From Sodaliphilus sp. (GTDB lineage Bacteria > Bacillota_I > Bacilli_A > RFN20 > CAG-826), in NCBI GenBank assembly GCA_963643355.1, contig CAVIJE010000001.1:48378-112377 (forward strand): a stretch of DNA of 64,000 bases. Direction: 5' to 3'. The notes under the pieces were generated by a model, which worked only from the letters and a program-made list of their open reading frames with translations, was not told the origin of the DNA and searched no databases. Shown piece by piece: positions 19,486 through 29,141 of this stretch (its first letter is position 1; every line of letters starts with the position of its first letter). Position numbers and translations under genes: made by a program.

Positions 19486-20322
19486 ATGAAAAAAATTACA
19501 TGTTTATTAGCTTTTGCAACAATCTTGGCTTTAGCCGGATGCAATTCGAATAGCAATGAAAAAACAATCACCGTTGCTGCTTCAGAGATCCCTCATGCAG
19601 AAATCTTAAATGAGGCAGTAAAACCACTTTTAAAAGAAAAAGGCTATGAACTCAAGGTCACAATTCTTGATTGGACATTACAAAATGACAGTGTTTATAA
19701 TGGCGATTACGATGCAAACTATTTCCAACACCGCCCATATCTTCAACAATATGATTCTGGTTCAACAACTTATTCAGAAACTTATACTTATAATAAGGTC
19801 TTCCCTGTTGCAACCGTTCACTTTGAACCATTAAGAATATACGCAGGTAAAAAGAGTGCTGCCGAATTCGAATCTTCCAAAACGACTGCAACATATGAAA
19901 TTTGCAGTGATGTTTCCAATGAAATTAGAGCCTTAGATCTTTTAGTCTCAGCTGGGGTCATTGCTAAATACGATGTAGATTCAAAAGGAAATCCAACCAA
20001 TCTTCCTAAAAACATTCACCTTATTGACGAAAGCTTATTAGTCTCTTCTTTGAATGATTATGACTATGCCGTTCTTCCAACCAATAGCGCACTTACTGGA
20101 AATTTAAAGGCAGATTCTTCTCTTCCAACTGAAACCGACGCTGTTAAAGACTTAAGAGCAAACGTTGTCGCAGCCAGTGTCAAAAAATACAATGATGACA
20201 CTGCTTATAAGACAAAAATTGATGCCTTAACAGATTGTTTGCTTGATAAAACAGTTGATACATATATCCAAACAAAATATTCAGGAGTCATTTCTACAGC
20301 TCAAAAAGATTTAAGAAAATAA
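19486..20322 (+). CDS. metQ: methionine-binding lipoprotein (NlpA / MetQ family)
   Basis: Lipobox LALAGCNS. The NlpA-family pattern GDYDANYFQH is present. Confidence 0.85.
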   Translation: MKKITCLLAFATILALAGCNSNSNEKTITVAASEIPHAEILNEAVKPLLKEKGYELKVTILDWTLQNDSVYNGDYDANYFQHRPYLQQYDSGSTTYSETYTYNKVFPVATVHFEPLRIYAGKKSAAEFESSKTTATYEICSDVSNEIRALDLLVSAGVIAKYDVDSKGNPTNLPKNIHLIDESLLVSSLNDYDYAVLPTNSALTGNLKADSSLPTETDAVKDLRANVVAASVKKYNDDTAYKTKIDALTDCLLDKTVDTYIQTKYSGVISTAQKDLRK

Positions 20323-20360
20323 GGCATGCGTGTAGTTGTTATTAAATGAACTAACGCTAG

Positions 20361-20403
20361 AAATTGCACTTGCTAGAAAATATCAAGTGCAATTTTCTTT
20401 TAT
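20361..20403 (+). terminator. intrinsic terminator after metQ
   Basis: AAATTGCACTTG-n12-CAAGTGCAATTT plus a T-run. A consensus TATAAT (at about 20411) for pepO follows. Confidence 0.6.
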
Positions 20404-20436
20404 CGTTGTATAATCGCACCGTAGGAGAAGTTAATA

Positions 20437-22341
20437 ATGTCTAACAATATTAGAATTCAAGATGATTTATATCACTATGTAAACGGCGAATGGATTGAAA
20501 AAGCCGTAATCCCTGACGATCGTTCAAGGGTCGGAGGATTTTCCGATTTAGATGAAGGAGTAGAAAAAATCCTTCGCGCTGATTTTGCTTCATTCGCTAA
20601 TGGAAGCAAGGAAATCCCTTTTCCAGAAATTGCCGAAGCCGTCAAACTTTATAACAAAGTCTTAGATGAGACTCGTCGTAACGAAGATGGAATAAAACCT
20701 ATTCTTCCTTATTTAGAAGAAATAGAAGGAATCAAAACAATTGAAGACCTTAATGCAAAAGCGAAAGATCTTGCCCTTGATGGAATTGAACTACCGATCA
20801 ATTTTGGCGTTCAAGTCGATATGAAAAACGCAGAAAAGAATTCCTTCCTCATCACTGGCCAATCAATTATTCTTCCTGACACGACCTATTACACCGAGAA
20901 AGCTGATGCAGGTAAGCAATTATTAGAGATATATAAAGGAATGGTTTCTAGCTTATTGAAATATTCACCATTAAGTTCTGAAGACCAAGAAAGATACCTT
21001 GCTGATACTCTCGCTTTTGATGCTCTGATCGCTAAAGAAGTAAAGAGCCAACTTGAGTGGGCAGATTATGTCAAAGACTATAATCCAATGCCAGTAGAAG
21101 AAGTTGCAGCTTACTTGAAGCCATTCGATTTCACTGGATTGTTACACCAACTTTATGGCGAAGATATCCCTACAACCATAATTGTTGCCGATCCAAAAGC
21201 CATTAAGGATTTTGGCAATTATTTCAATGAAGAAACTTTTATCCTATTTAAACATTGGGCTTACGTTTCTTTCTTTGTTAATGCCGCTAAACGTCTTAGC
21301 TTGCCGATGCATGATCTTGCTACGAGCTACTCTAGAGCTTTATATGGAATTGCTAAAGACCCTATTCTTGAAAAACAAGCTTATCAATTAGTTGGTCAAG
21401 TTTTCTCTGAGCCAATTGGCGTTTATTATGGACGCACATATTTTGGAGAAGAAGCTAAAAAGGATATTGTTTCTTTAGTGAAACGTATCATTGAGGCCTA
21501 TAAAGGCCGCATGGCTAAGAACACTTTCCTTGCTCCTGAAACAAAAGAAAAAGCCATCCTTAAGCTAAACACAATCGAAATCAAGATGGGCTATCCAGAT
21601 AACATCGACCCATTCTATTCTGAATTAACTGTTGATGAGAATGATTCATTGTTCCTTGCATGCCGCAAGATAAGTAAGAAAAAAGTTGTTCATGAATTAG
21701 AAAAACTTCATAAGCCAGTTGATCGTTCTGAATGGGCGATGCCAGGCCATATGGTTAACGCATGCTATAACCCATTCTCGAATGACATCACCTTCCCAGC
21801 CGCCATTCTTCAAAAGCCATTCTATTCAATCAATCAATCTGAATCAGAGAATTTAGGCGGAATTGGTGCTGTTATTGGTCATGAAATCTCTCACGCTTTC
21901 GATAACAACGGTGCCTCATTCGATGAAAAAGGCAATCTCAACAACTGGTGGAAAGAAGAAGATTACAAATCATTCAAAGAATTGACAAAAGCCATGATTG
22001 ATGAATTTGACGGAATCGATTTCTATGGTGGAAAGGTTTCTGGCGAATTGATTGTTTCTGAAAATATTGCTGACAATGGTGGCGTTGGTGTCACTCTTGG
22101 CATCATGCATGAAATCAAAGACGCATCTTTCCAAGATTATTGGAAGAACTGGGCTAGAGTTTGGTGCATGAAAGCACGTCCAGAAATGGTTCAAATTCTT
22201 CTTACTAATGATGTTCACGCCCCAGCTGAACTTCGCGCTAACATTCAACCACGCAACTTCGATGAATGGTATGAAGCCTTTGACGTAACAGAAAAAGACG
22301 CAATGTATATTGCGCCTGAAAAACGTGTTCGTATTTGGTAA
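20437..22341 (+). CDS. pepO: M13-family neutral endopeptidase (PepO)
   Basis: 634 aa with the HEISHAF zinc motif, a downstream E..D motif, and the N..Y region typical of M13. Confidence 0.9.
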   Translation: MSNNIRIQDDLYHYVNGEWIEKAVIPDDRSRVGGFSDLDEGVEKILRADFASFANGSKEIPFPEIAEAVKLYNKVLDETRRNEDGIKPILPYLEEIEGIKTIEDLNAKAKDLALDGIELPINFGVQVDMKNAEKNSFLITGQSIILPDTTYYTEKADAGKQLLEIYKGMVSSLLKYSPLSSEDQERYLADTLAFDALIAKEVKSQLEWADYVKDYNPMPVEEVAAYLKPFDFTGLLHQLYGEDIPTTIIVADPKAIKDFGNYFNEETFILFKHWAYVSFFVNAAKRLSLPMHDLATSYSRALYGIAKDPILEKQAYQLVGQVFSEPIGVYYGRTYFGEEAKKDIVSLVKRIIEAYKGRMAKNTFLAPETKEKAILKLNTIEIKMGYPDNIDPFYSELTVDENDSLFLACRKISKKKVVHELEKLHKPVDRSEWAMPGHMVNACYNPFSNDITFPAAILQKPFYSINQSESENLGGIGAVIGHEISHAFDNNGASFDEKGNLNNWWKEEDYKSFKELTKAMIDEFDGIDFYGGKVSGELIVSENIADNGGVGVTLGIMHEIKDASFQDYWKNWARVWCMKARPEMVQILLTNDVHAPAELRANIQPRNFDEWYEAFDVTEKDAMYIAPEKRVRIW

Positions 22342-23778
22342 TCAATCAAATATAATCGAATACAAATTTAACTTTGAGGAGCCCTTGAAATGAAAGTAAA
22401 GGGCTTCTTTTTTACTTTGAGGATCTATGGTTATAGAAACCTCATTACTACCCTTAGATATGGCATGCGTGTATTTGTTTTCACAGTTTTCTAAGAAGGA
22501 AATAGCTACTTCTCCAGCAAAATTTCCACTATATTTCAACGTTATTTTATGAGTATTGGATAAATCAAAATATTTATAGCCAACTACGCAACCATCACCA
22601 ATATTTTGGATATATTGCTTGCCAGGTTTTCTATCCGTGCCATCTTGATGAATTCTTAGCTTTCTTTTTTGATGAGGAAGAGCAAAGAATGGATAAAAGA
22701 CATTAGGTTTTTTATCATGATAATAACAGCAAATTGAGGCAGGATATTCTCCTTTTCCTTCTAATGACTTTAAATTTAAACCACACGAAGTAATTTCCAC
22801 TTGCTTTATTTTGCCATTCCTATCGATTTCTATTGGTTCGGCACAATCTTGTCTATCGGTATTTGTGTAGTTTGTATGACGATGGTAGAAAACATACCAT
22901 TGACCTTCAACTTGAATTATCGACCCGTGATTGTTACCAGTTGGAGTAACGGAATCTTCCTTCTTTCTACCGTTTAGCCCAACATCGCCATTTGAGATAA
23001 TCACCCCTTGGTAAGTAAAAGGTCCTAAAGGTGAAGAAGAGGTCATATAGCAAAGCTCATGACCAGCTAAAGATGAATAAATAAAGTAATATGTCTCGCC
23101 TATTTTTCTAAGAGATGAGGCTTCAAAGAAGGCGTGCTCTTTTTCTTTCACACCATTGATATTTTCTTCATTCGCCATTGAAAAAAGCTTTATTGGCCCA
23201 TTTTTAATTGTCATCATATCTGACTCTAATTCCATTCCAAAACCACCTTCTGGTTTTAGATGATGGCGAATCATCGGGAACCAAGTTATGGCACCAAATC
23301 CAGAATAAAGATAAACTCTTCCGTCGTTATCCGTAAAAGCCCCTGGATCAAAATGGAAAGCATCGCCTTTCTTTCTTCCTAAATCTACCCCGTTTTTATA
23401 ATGAACGTTGCCTATATATTTGAATGGACCGGCGGGGGAAGAGGATTTCGCAACTCCAATCGTTCCTTGCCAAGCCAACGAATAATAAAGATAGTAATTT
23501 CCGTCTGGACCCTGTGTTACATCTGGAGCGTACAAATCAAGCCTGCCATCACGGTTAAGCGGATCTTCTTTCTTATCGAAAATCTCCCCCTCGTATCTCC
23601 AATCGCTAAGATCATCCAAAGGAGCCGACCATGTCACATAGTTATTGTGGGAAAAAGGGAATTCGCCATAACAATCATGGGAACCATAGACATATAGTCT
23701 TCCGTTAAAAATGTGGGGTTCACAATCTGGTGTATATTCGCTCAATGGCAAATATGGATTAAAAACTTGTTTTTTCAT
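22342..23778 (-). CDS. glycoside hydrolase family 43 (beta-xylosidase / alpha-L-arabinofuranosidase-like)
   Basis: 478 aa. The N-terminus, NPYLPLSEYTPDCEPHIFNGRLYVYGSHD, is characteristic of the GH43 five-bladed propeller. A C-terminal beta-sandwich follows. Confidence 0.8.
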   Translation of the reverse strand: MKKQVFNPYLPLSEYTPDCEPHIFNGRLYVYGSHDCYGEFPFSHNNYVTWSAPLDDLSDWRYEGEIFDKKEDPLNRDGRLDLYAPDVTQGPDGNYYLYYSLAWQGTIGVAKSSSPAGPFKYIGNVHYKNGVDLGRKKGDAFHFDPGAFTDNDGRVYLYSGFGAITWFPMIRHHLKPEGGFGMELESDMMTIKNGPIKLFSMANEENINGVKEKEHAFFEASSLRKIGETYYFIYSSLAGHELCYMTSSSPLGPFTYQGVIISNGDVGLNGRKKEDSVTPTGNNHGSIIQVEGQWYVFYHRHTNYTNTDRQDCAEPIEIDRNGKIKQVEITSCGLNLKSLEGKGEYPASICCYYHDKKPNVFYPFFALPHQKRKLRIHQDGTDRKPGKQYIQNIGDGCVVGYKYFDLSNTHKITLKYSGNFAGEVAISFLENCENKYTHAISKGSNEVSITIDPQSKKEALYFHFKGSSKLNLYSIIFD

Positions 23779-24111
23779 TCTTTAAGCGCCTCAAAAAATA
23801 GCCATAAAAATTATAATCAAAATTCTTGATTTTTAGAATGGAAAATGCTTATCGATTTTGAAGTAGTCAATCTTTGTAATACGCACATTTCAAAAGTGCA
23901 CTAATAATCATATAAAATTGATACCTAAAAAGAAATTTCAACTTAGTTAAATTAAAAAAATGCCGATAAAATCTAAACTTTTTTATCTTTTTTATACACT
24001 GTATATCCTATTGCTATTTTTTGTTTTATTTGACATTATGCACGCATAAAATAAAACTCGCTTAGAGGGAATGGCGCACCATTATTCCCTTATATTTGCG
24101 AGGCTACATTT

Positions 24112-26403
24112 ATGAAAACTTTTTATGACGAAACGCTCGATGGAAACATGGAGATAGAAGAAACAAAAATTTGTGTTATGAAACGTTCTGGCGAACGTGT
24201 TCCTTTCGACCGTCAAAAAATAGTTAATGCTATTAATGGTGCCAATGATGAAGAAGGTATTCCTTCTGAACGTTTAACCCCTGAAGAAATCGCTAATATT
24301 GCTTTAGGAATTCAAAAAGATGCTTCTAATGCTGGACGCGATTTATCAGTTGAAGAAATTCAAGATAAGGTCGAAGACGCTCTTATGGGATCTGGCAAAT
24401 TTAAAGTTGCAAGACTTTATATTACTTATCGCTATAAACACGCCGAGAACCGTAAAATGAGCGATATCGATCAAAAGATTGCTGGTGTTGTTGAAAGAGA
24501 CAATGAAGAAGTAAAGCAAGAAAATTCCAATAAGAACCCAACAATTCTTTCCGTTCAAAGAGATTACATGGCTGGTGAATGGAGCCGTTATTACACGAAT
24601 AAATATCTTTTACCAGACGATATTGTTGAGGCCCACAAAGAAGGTGTCATCCATTTCCACGATTCTGATTATTTTGCCCAGCATATGCACAATTGCTGCT
24701 TAGTAAATTTAAAAGATATGCTTGAAAATGGTACGTGCATCTCCGGCACACACATCGATAAACCACATTCTTTTGCGACAGCTTGCACGGTTGCCTCGCA
24801 AATTGTTGCCCAAGTCGCTTCGAGCCAATATGGTGGACAAACAATTACGATGTCCCATCTTGCTCCTTTCGTAAATCTTTCTAGACAAAGAATTGCAAGA
24901 CGTCTTAAAGCGGAATTCGAATCCTGTGGCATCGAAACGACAGAAGAGAAATTTAAGGAACTCGTTGAACAAGAAGTCATTAAAGAAGTTGAAGGCGGTT
25001 GCCAAACAATTCAATATCAGTTAATAACTCTTCAATCAACCAACGGACAAGCTCCTTTCGTAACTGTATTCCTTTATCTCCACGAACTTCCTGAAGGACA
25101 AACTAGAGATGACCTAGCCTTAATAACGGAAGTTATGTTAAAACAACGTATGCTTGGCGTTAAAGATCGTACAGGCGCATACATTACCCCTGCCTTCCCA
25201 AAACTTATTTATGTTTTGCAAGACGATAACATTGAAGAAGGCGGAAAGTATTATTACCTTTCTAAATTAGCCGCCGAATGCACGGCAAAACGCATGGTTC
25301 CTGATTATATTTCCGAAAAGATCATGATGGAACTTAAAGGAGACACATACCCATGTATGGGTTGCCGTTCTTTCTTAACCGCTGATCGTTTCACGGAAGC
25401 TGGATTAGGGAATATTAGCGGCGCTCTTGACTACAAACCTGGTCAACGTCGCTACTATGGCCGTTTCAACCAAGGTGTTGTAACGCTTAACCTCGTTGAT
25501 GCAGCGTGTTCCTCAGGAAAAGATGAAGCTAAATTCTGGCAAATAATGAACCAAAGACTCGATCTTTGCCATCGTGCCTTGCAAATTCGCCATAATCGTT
25601 TACTTGGGACACCAAGTGATGTCGCGCCAATCCTTTGGCAAGATGGAGCCCTCGCCCGTTTAAAACCAGGCGAAACAATTGATAAACTTCTTTATGATGG
25701 ATATTCAACTATTTCTTTAGGCTATGCTGGTTTGGCTGAAGCTATTTACTATATGAAGGGTGCTTCCCATACATCGCCAGAAGGTGAGCAACTCGGCTTA
25801 AGAATCATGCAACTTCTTAACGATAAATGCAATGAATGGAAGAAAGTTGAAAATATCGACTATTCAGTTTATGGAACTCCACTTGAATCCACGACTTACA
25901 AATTCGCAAAATGCCTCCAAAAACGCTTTGGCATAATTGAAGGAGTTACAGATCACAACTATATAACCAATAGTTATCATGTAAACGTTCGTGAAAACAT
26001 CAATGCTTTCGACAAATTAACGAAAGAAGCGAAATTCCAACGCCTCTCTCCTGGCGGAGCTGTCTCATATGTTGAAGTTCCAAATATGCAAGATAACATC
26101 CCTGCCGTCCTTGCAATCATGAAACATATGTACAACACAATTCTTTACGCGGAATTGAACACAAAAAGTGACTTCTGCGATTGCTGTGGATATGATGGGG
26201 AAATAAAGATCGTTCGTGATGGCACTGGCAAACTTGTTTGGGAATGCCCAAATTGCGGCAACCGCGATCAAGCAAAGATGCATGTCGCAAGAAGAACATG
26301 CGGCTATATTGGAACGCAATATTGGAACCAAGGAAGAACGCAAGAAATTCAAGATCGCGTTCTGCATCTATCTTGTCCAACTTGCGACGCTGACAAACAT
26401 TAA
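24112..26403 (+). CDS. nrdD: anaerobic ribonucleoside-triphosphate reductase (class III RNR)
   Basis: 763 aa with an N-terminal ATP-cone. The C-terminal glycyl-radical motif is RRTCGYIG and the Zn ribbon is CDCCGY...CPNCGN. Confidence 0.95.
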   Translation: MKTFYDETLDGNMEIEETKICVMKRSGERVPFDRQKIVNAINGANDEEGIPSERLTPEEIANIALGIQKDASNAGRDLSVEEIQDKVEDALMGSGKFKVARLYITYRYKHAENRKMSDIDQKIAGVVERDNEEVKQENSNKNPTILSVQRDYMAGEWSRYYTNKYLLPDDIVEAHKEGVIHFHDSDYFAQHMHNCCLVNLKDMLENGTCISGTHIDKPHSFATACTVASQIVAQVASSQYGGQTITMSHLAPFVNLSRQRIARRLKAEFESCGIETTEEKFKELVEQEVIKEVEGGCQTIQYQLITLQSTNGQAPFVTVFLYLHELPEGQTRDDLALITEVMLKQRMLGVKDRTGAYITPAFPKLIYVLQDDNIEEGGKYYYLSKLAAECTAKRMVPDYISEKIMMELKGDTYPCMGCRSFLTADRFTEAGLGNISGALDYKPGQRRYYGRFNQGVVTLNLVDAACSSGKDEAKFWQIMNQRLDLCHRALQIRHNRLLGTPSDVAPILWQDGALARLKPGETIDKLLYDGYSTISLGYAGLAEAIYYMKGASHTSPEGEQLGLRIMQLLNDKCNEWKKVENIDYSVYGTPLESTTYKFAKCLQKRFGIIEGVTDHNYITNSYHVNVRENINAFDKLTKEAKFQRLSPGGAVSYVEVPNMQDNIPAVLAIMKHMYNTILYAELNTKSDFCDCCGYDGEIKIVRDGTGKLVWECPNCGNRDQAKMHVARRTCGYIGTQYWNQGRTQEIQDRVLHLSCPTCDADKH

Positions 26404-26447
26404 TCTATAATCCCTCACACGAGGGATTTTCTTACAAAGGAGTTATT

Positions 26448-26975
26448 ATGCATTATGGTCAAATAATGTTAGCCGATTCAGCTAATGGCGAAGGCATACG
26501 TTTATCTTTATTTGTTTCAGGTTGCACTAACTGCTGCAAGGGCTGTTTTCAACCGCAAACCTGGGATTTCTTTTTCGGCGAAGAGTACAATGAAAAAACT
26601 GAAAATTTCATCCTAAACGAACTAGAAAAAGACTATTATGCAGGCCTCACGCTTCTTGGCGGAGAGCCATTTGAAATCGAAAACCAACGGGGAATTATAG
26701 GGTTAATTCGAAAATTTAAGCAAAGATTCCCTAACAAAACCATATGGTGCTATACCGGTTTTACATATGATCAAGACCTTGTGCCTAATGGTAAAAGATA
26801 TTGTGAAGTAACGGATGAAATCCTTGATTCCTTGGATATTCTTGTTGATGGCAAATTCATCCTTGAGAAAAAGAATATTTCTCTAAAATTTAAAGGATCG
26901 GAAAATCAACGCATCATCGACATGAAAGAAACGCGTAAAAATGGCTATGTCGTTCTTTCTTCGCTAAATAATTGA
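26448..26975 (+). CDS. nrdG: anaerobic RNR activating enzyme (radical SAM)
   Basis: 175 aa with a Cys cluster GCTNCCKGC near the N-terminus and the NrdG-typical GGEP motif. Confidence 0.9.
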   Translation: MHYGQIMLADSANGEGIRLSLFVSGCTNCCKGCFQPQTWDFFFGEEYNEKTENFILNELEKDYYAGLTLLGGEPFEIENQRGIIGLIRKFKQRFPNKTIWCYTGFTYDQDLVPNGKRYCEVTDEILDSLDILVDGKFILEKKNISLKFKGSENQRIIDMKETRKNGYVVLSSLNN

Positions 26976-27021
26976 GCATTTTTCGTTTCTTTTTATTCAT
27001 AATCATTTAAGATATCAACGT

Positions 27022-27486
27022 ATGGAAAAGAAATTAGAATTATTTGAATTACGTCGCCATGGCGAAGCAGACGTAGAATTTTATGCTCTTGAAGAGCTTT
27101 TCGCCGCCCTTATTGAAGCAGGTTATTCTTTAGAAAGACATTTTTATGAAGATGGTGACTTTGCTGATGCTGAAGCTAAAACAATCATCGAAAAAGAAGG
27201 ATTAGGCGTTCTTCCAATTGCTAGAATGGATGGAAATATAGCAATCAAAGGAAGATATCCAACAATTGATGAAGTGGCTGACTTTTACGATATCACAATA
27301 ACATACGAAGACGAATGCCATGACGATTGCTGTTGCGGGCATCATCACCACGACGAAGATGATTGCTGTTGTGGTGGACATCATCATGAAAGCGAATGCT
27401 GCTGCGGCAATGAAGATGAGCATGAATGCCATTGCCATGATGATGAAGAAGAATCTGGCTGTTGTTGTTGCCATAATGAAAAATAG
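27022..27486 (+). CDS. ArsD-fold (thioredoxin-like) protein that lacks the N-terminal Cys triad and carries a roughly 55-aa Cys/His/Asp/Glu-rich C-terminal tail
   Basis: Residues 1-95 align by eye to the ArsD family: KKLELFEL matches KTLMVFDP, LERHFYEDGD matches IERFNLAQQP, and GLGVLPIARMDGNIAIKGRYPTIDEVADFY matches EGLPLLLLDGETVMAGRYPKRAELARWF. The tail is CHDDCCCGHHHHDEDDCCCGGHHHESECCCGNEDEHECHCHDDEEESGCCCCHNEK. Confidence 0.6.
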   Translation: MEKKLELFELRRHGEADVEFYALEELFAALIEAGYSLERHFYEDGDFADAEAKTIIEKEGLGVLPIARMDGNIAIKGRYPTIDEVADFYDITITYEDECHDDCCCGHHHHDEDDCCCGGHHHESECCCGNEDEHECHCHDDEEESGCCCCHNEK

Positions 27487-27497
27487 GTCATGCGTGT

Positions 27498-28730
27498 ATG
27501 GATAAAACGTTAATTCGTAAATACGCTGAACTCTTAATTCGTTCTGGTGTTGCATTAAAAAAAGACGAAAAACTAATTATAAGTGCGAACGTTGACCAAG
27601 AGGATTTCGTTGCCATTCTTACCGAGGAAGCATATAAAGCCGGCGCAAAGAACGTATATGTCAATTGGGCTTCGCAAAAAGTCTCTAAAGCAGCTTTAAT
27701 ATACGGTGAAGAAGAAAATCTTTCGACTTTGCTTCCTATGGAATTAGCCTATTGGAAATTCCGCGGTGAAGAGCTTCCTGCTTTTATTTGGGTCGATTCC
27801 GATGATCCGGATGGAGCAAAAGGCGTCGATGCAGCAAAAGCAGCAAGGATTCGCCAAGCAAAATACAAAATCTACGGCAAATACAAAGAGATGGAAGAAA
27901 ATAAAGTCGCTTGGTGTATTGCTGGTGCCCCTGCAAAAGAATGGGCAAAGAAAATTTTCCCAGAAGACAATTACGAAGACGCGATGGAAAAACTTTGGGA
28001 AAAGATTCTCTACACCTCTCGTGCTTTAGACGGAAATGGCATTGCCAATTGGGAAAAACACGATATAAACCTTAAAAAGCGTTGTGACTACCTTAACTCT
28101 TTAAGACTCAAAGAACTCCACTATTCATCTAGTAACGGAACTGATTTCACTGTTGGATTAATTCCTGGCGTAATTTTTCTTGGAGGAGGAGAATTAACGC
28201 TCGATGGACGTTTCTTCCAACCAAACATCCCTTCTGAAGAAGTGTTTACTTCTCCAAAGAAAGGTGCTGCCGAAGGAATCGTATACGCCTCCAAACCTTT
28301 AGTTTATAACGGTGTTCTTATCACTGATTTCTGGGTTAAATTCCATGAAGGTAAAGCAATAGATGTCCATGCCGAAACAGGTGAAGAAGCGCTTCGTTCC
28401 ATCCTAACTCTTGATGAAGGATCATCTTATCTTGGCGAATGTGCGCTTGTTCCTTTTGATTCCCCAATAAACAATACGGGCCTTTTATTCTATAACACGC
28501 TATATGATGAGAATGCCGCTTGCCATCTTGCTTTAGGGAGAGGTTTCACGGAATTATATCCAAATTTCCAAAATTATTCTGAGCAAGAATTACGTGATTT
28601 TGGCATTAACTATTCTTTAAGCCACGTAGACTTTATGATTGGCTCTAAAGACTTAGATATCGTTGGAACAAAAGAAAACGGTGAGAAAGTTCAAATCTTC
28701 CGTAATGGAAACTGGGCTTTTGAAATTTAA
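27498..28730 (+). CDS. M29-family aminopeptidase (AmpS / PepS / aminopeptidase T-like)
   Basis: 410 aa with the overall M29 pattern and conserved E/H/D metal ligands. Confidence 0.8.
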   Translation: MDKTLIRKYAELLIRSGVALKKDEKLIISANVDQEDFVAILTEEAYKAGAKNVYVNWASQKVSKAALIYGEEENLSTLLPMELAYWKFRGEELPAFIWVDSDDPDGAKGVDAAKAARIRQAKYKIYGKYKEMEENKVAWCIAGAPAKEWAKKIFPEDNYEDAMEKLWEKILYTSRALDGNGIANWEKHDINLKKRCDYLNSLRLKELHYSSSNGTDFTVGLIPGVIFLGGGELTLDGRFFQPNIPSEEVFTSPKKGAAEGIVYASKPLVYNGVLITDFWVKFHEGKAIDVHAETGEEALRSILTLDEGSSYLGECALVPFDSPINNTGLLFYNTLYDENAACHLALGRGFTELYPNFQNYSEQELRDFGINYSLSHVDFMIGSKDLDIVGTKENGEKVQIFRNGNWAFEI

Positions 28731-28749
28731 CCGAACAATATTCTAATGA

Positions 28750-28772
28750 AGACCCTCAAACGGGTCTTTTTC
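28750..28772 (+). terminator. intrinsic terminator
   Basis: AGACCCTCAAACGGGTCT followed by TTTTT. Confidence 0.6.
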
Positions 28773-29141
28773 TTAACTAAGCAAATCAGTATTTTTTAAT
28801 CGGTTAACAAAGCGTAATATGTGAGTTATAATAAAAAACTATAAACAATTAAAAAAAGCGAAAAATTAAGATTTTATCGAATGTTTTTAACATATAATAA
28901 TCAACCTTTAACATTTTTTTGTAAAGGAATTTTTACAAGAAAACGTTTTCATTATTTTCTTCTAACACATGGATTTTTTCAGTTGCATAATTCTAATGAT
29001 GAAATTCACTATTCATTCGAAAGCACAAACGATAACTGGATTAATCTGTAGAAGATAGACTGTAGAAGTTTGTACTTTTTTGTTTTTATGGCGAATATTC
29101 ATCAAGGATTTTGATGGGCTATAGACCCGAAAGGACACAAA

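Noticed and set aside
27202-27555. 117-aa minus-strand ORF opposite the ArsD-like tail, and the plus-strand ORF 27320..27505
   Set aside because: They are artefacts of the repetitive TGC/CAT/GAT codon tract, read in other frames or on the other strand.
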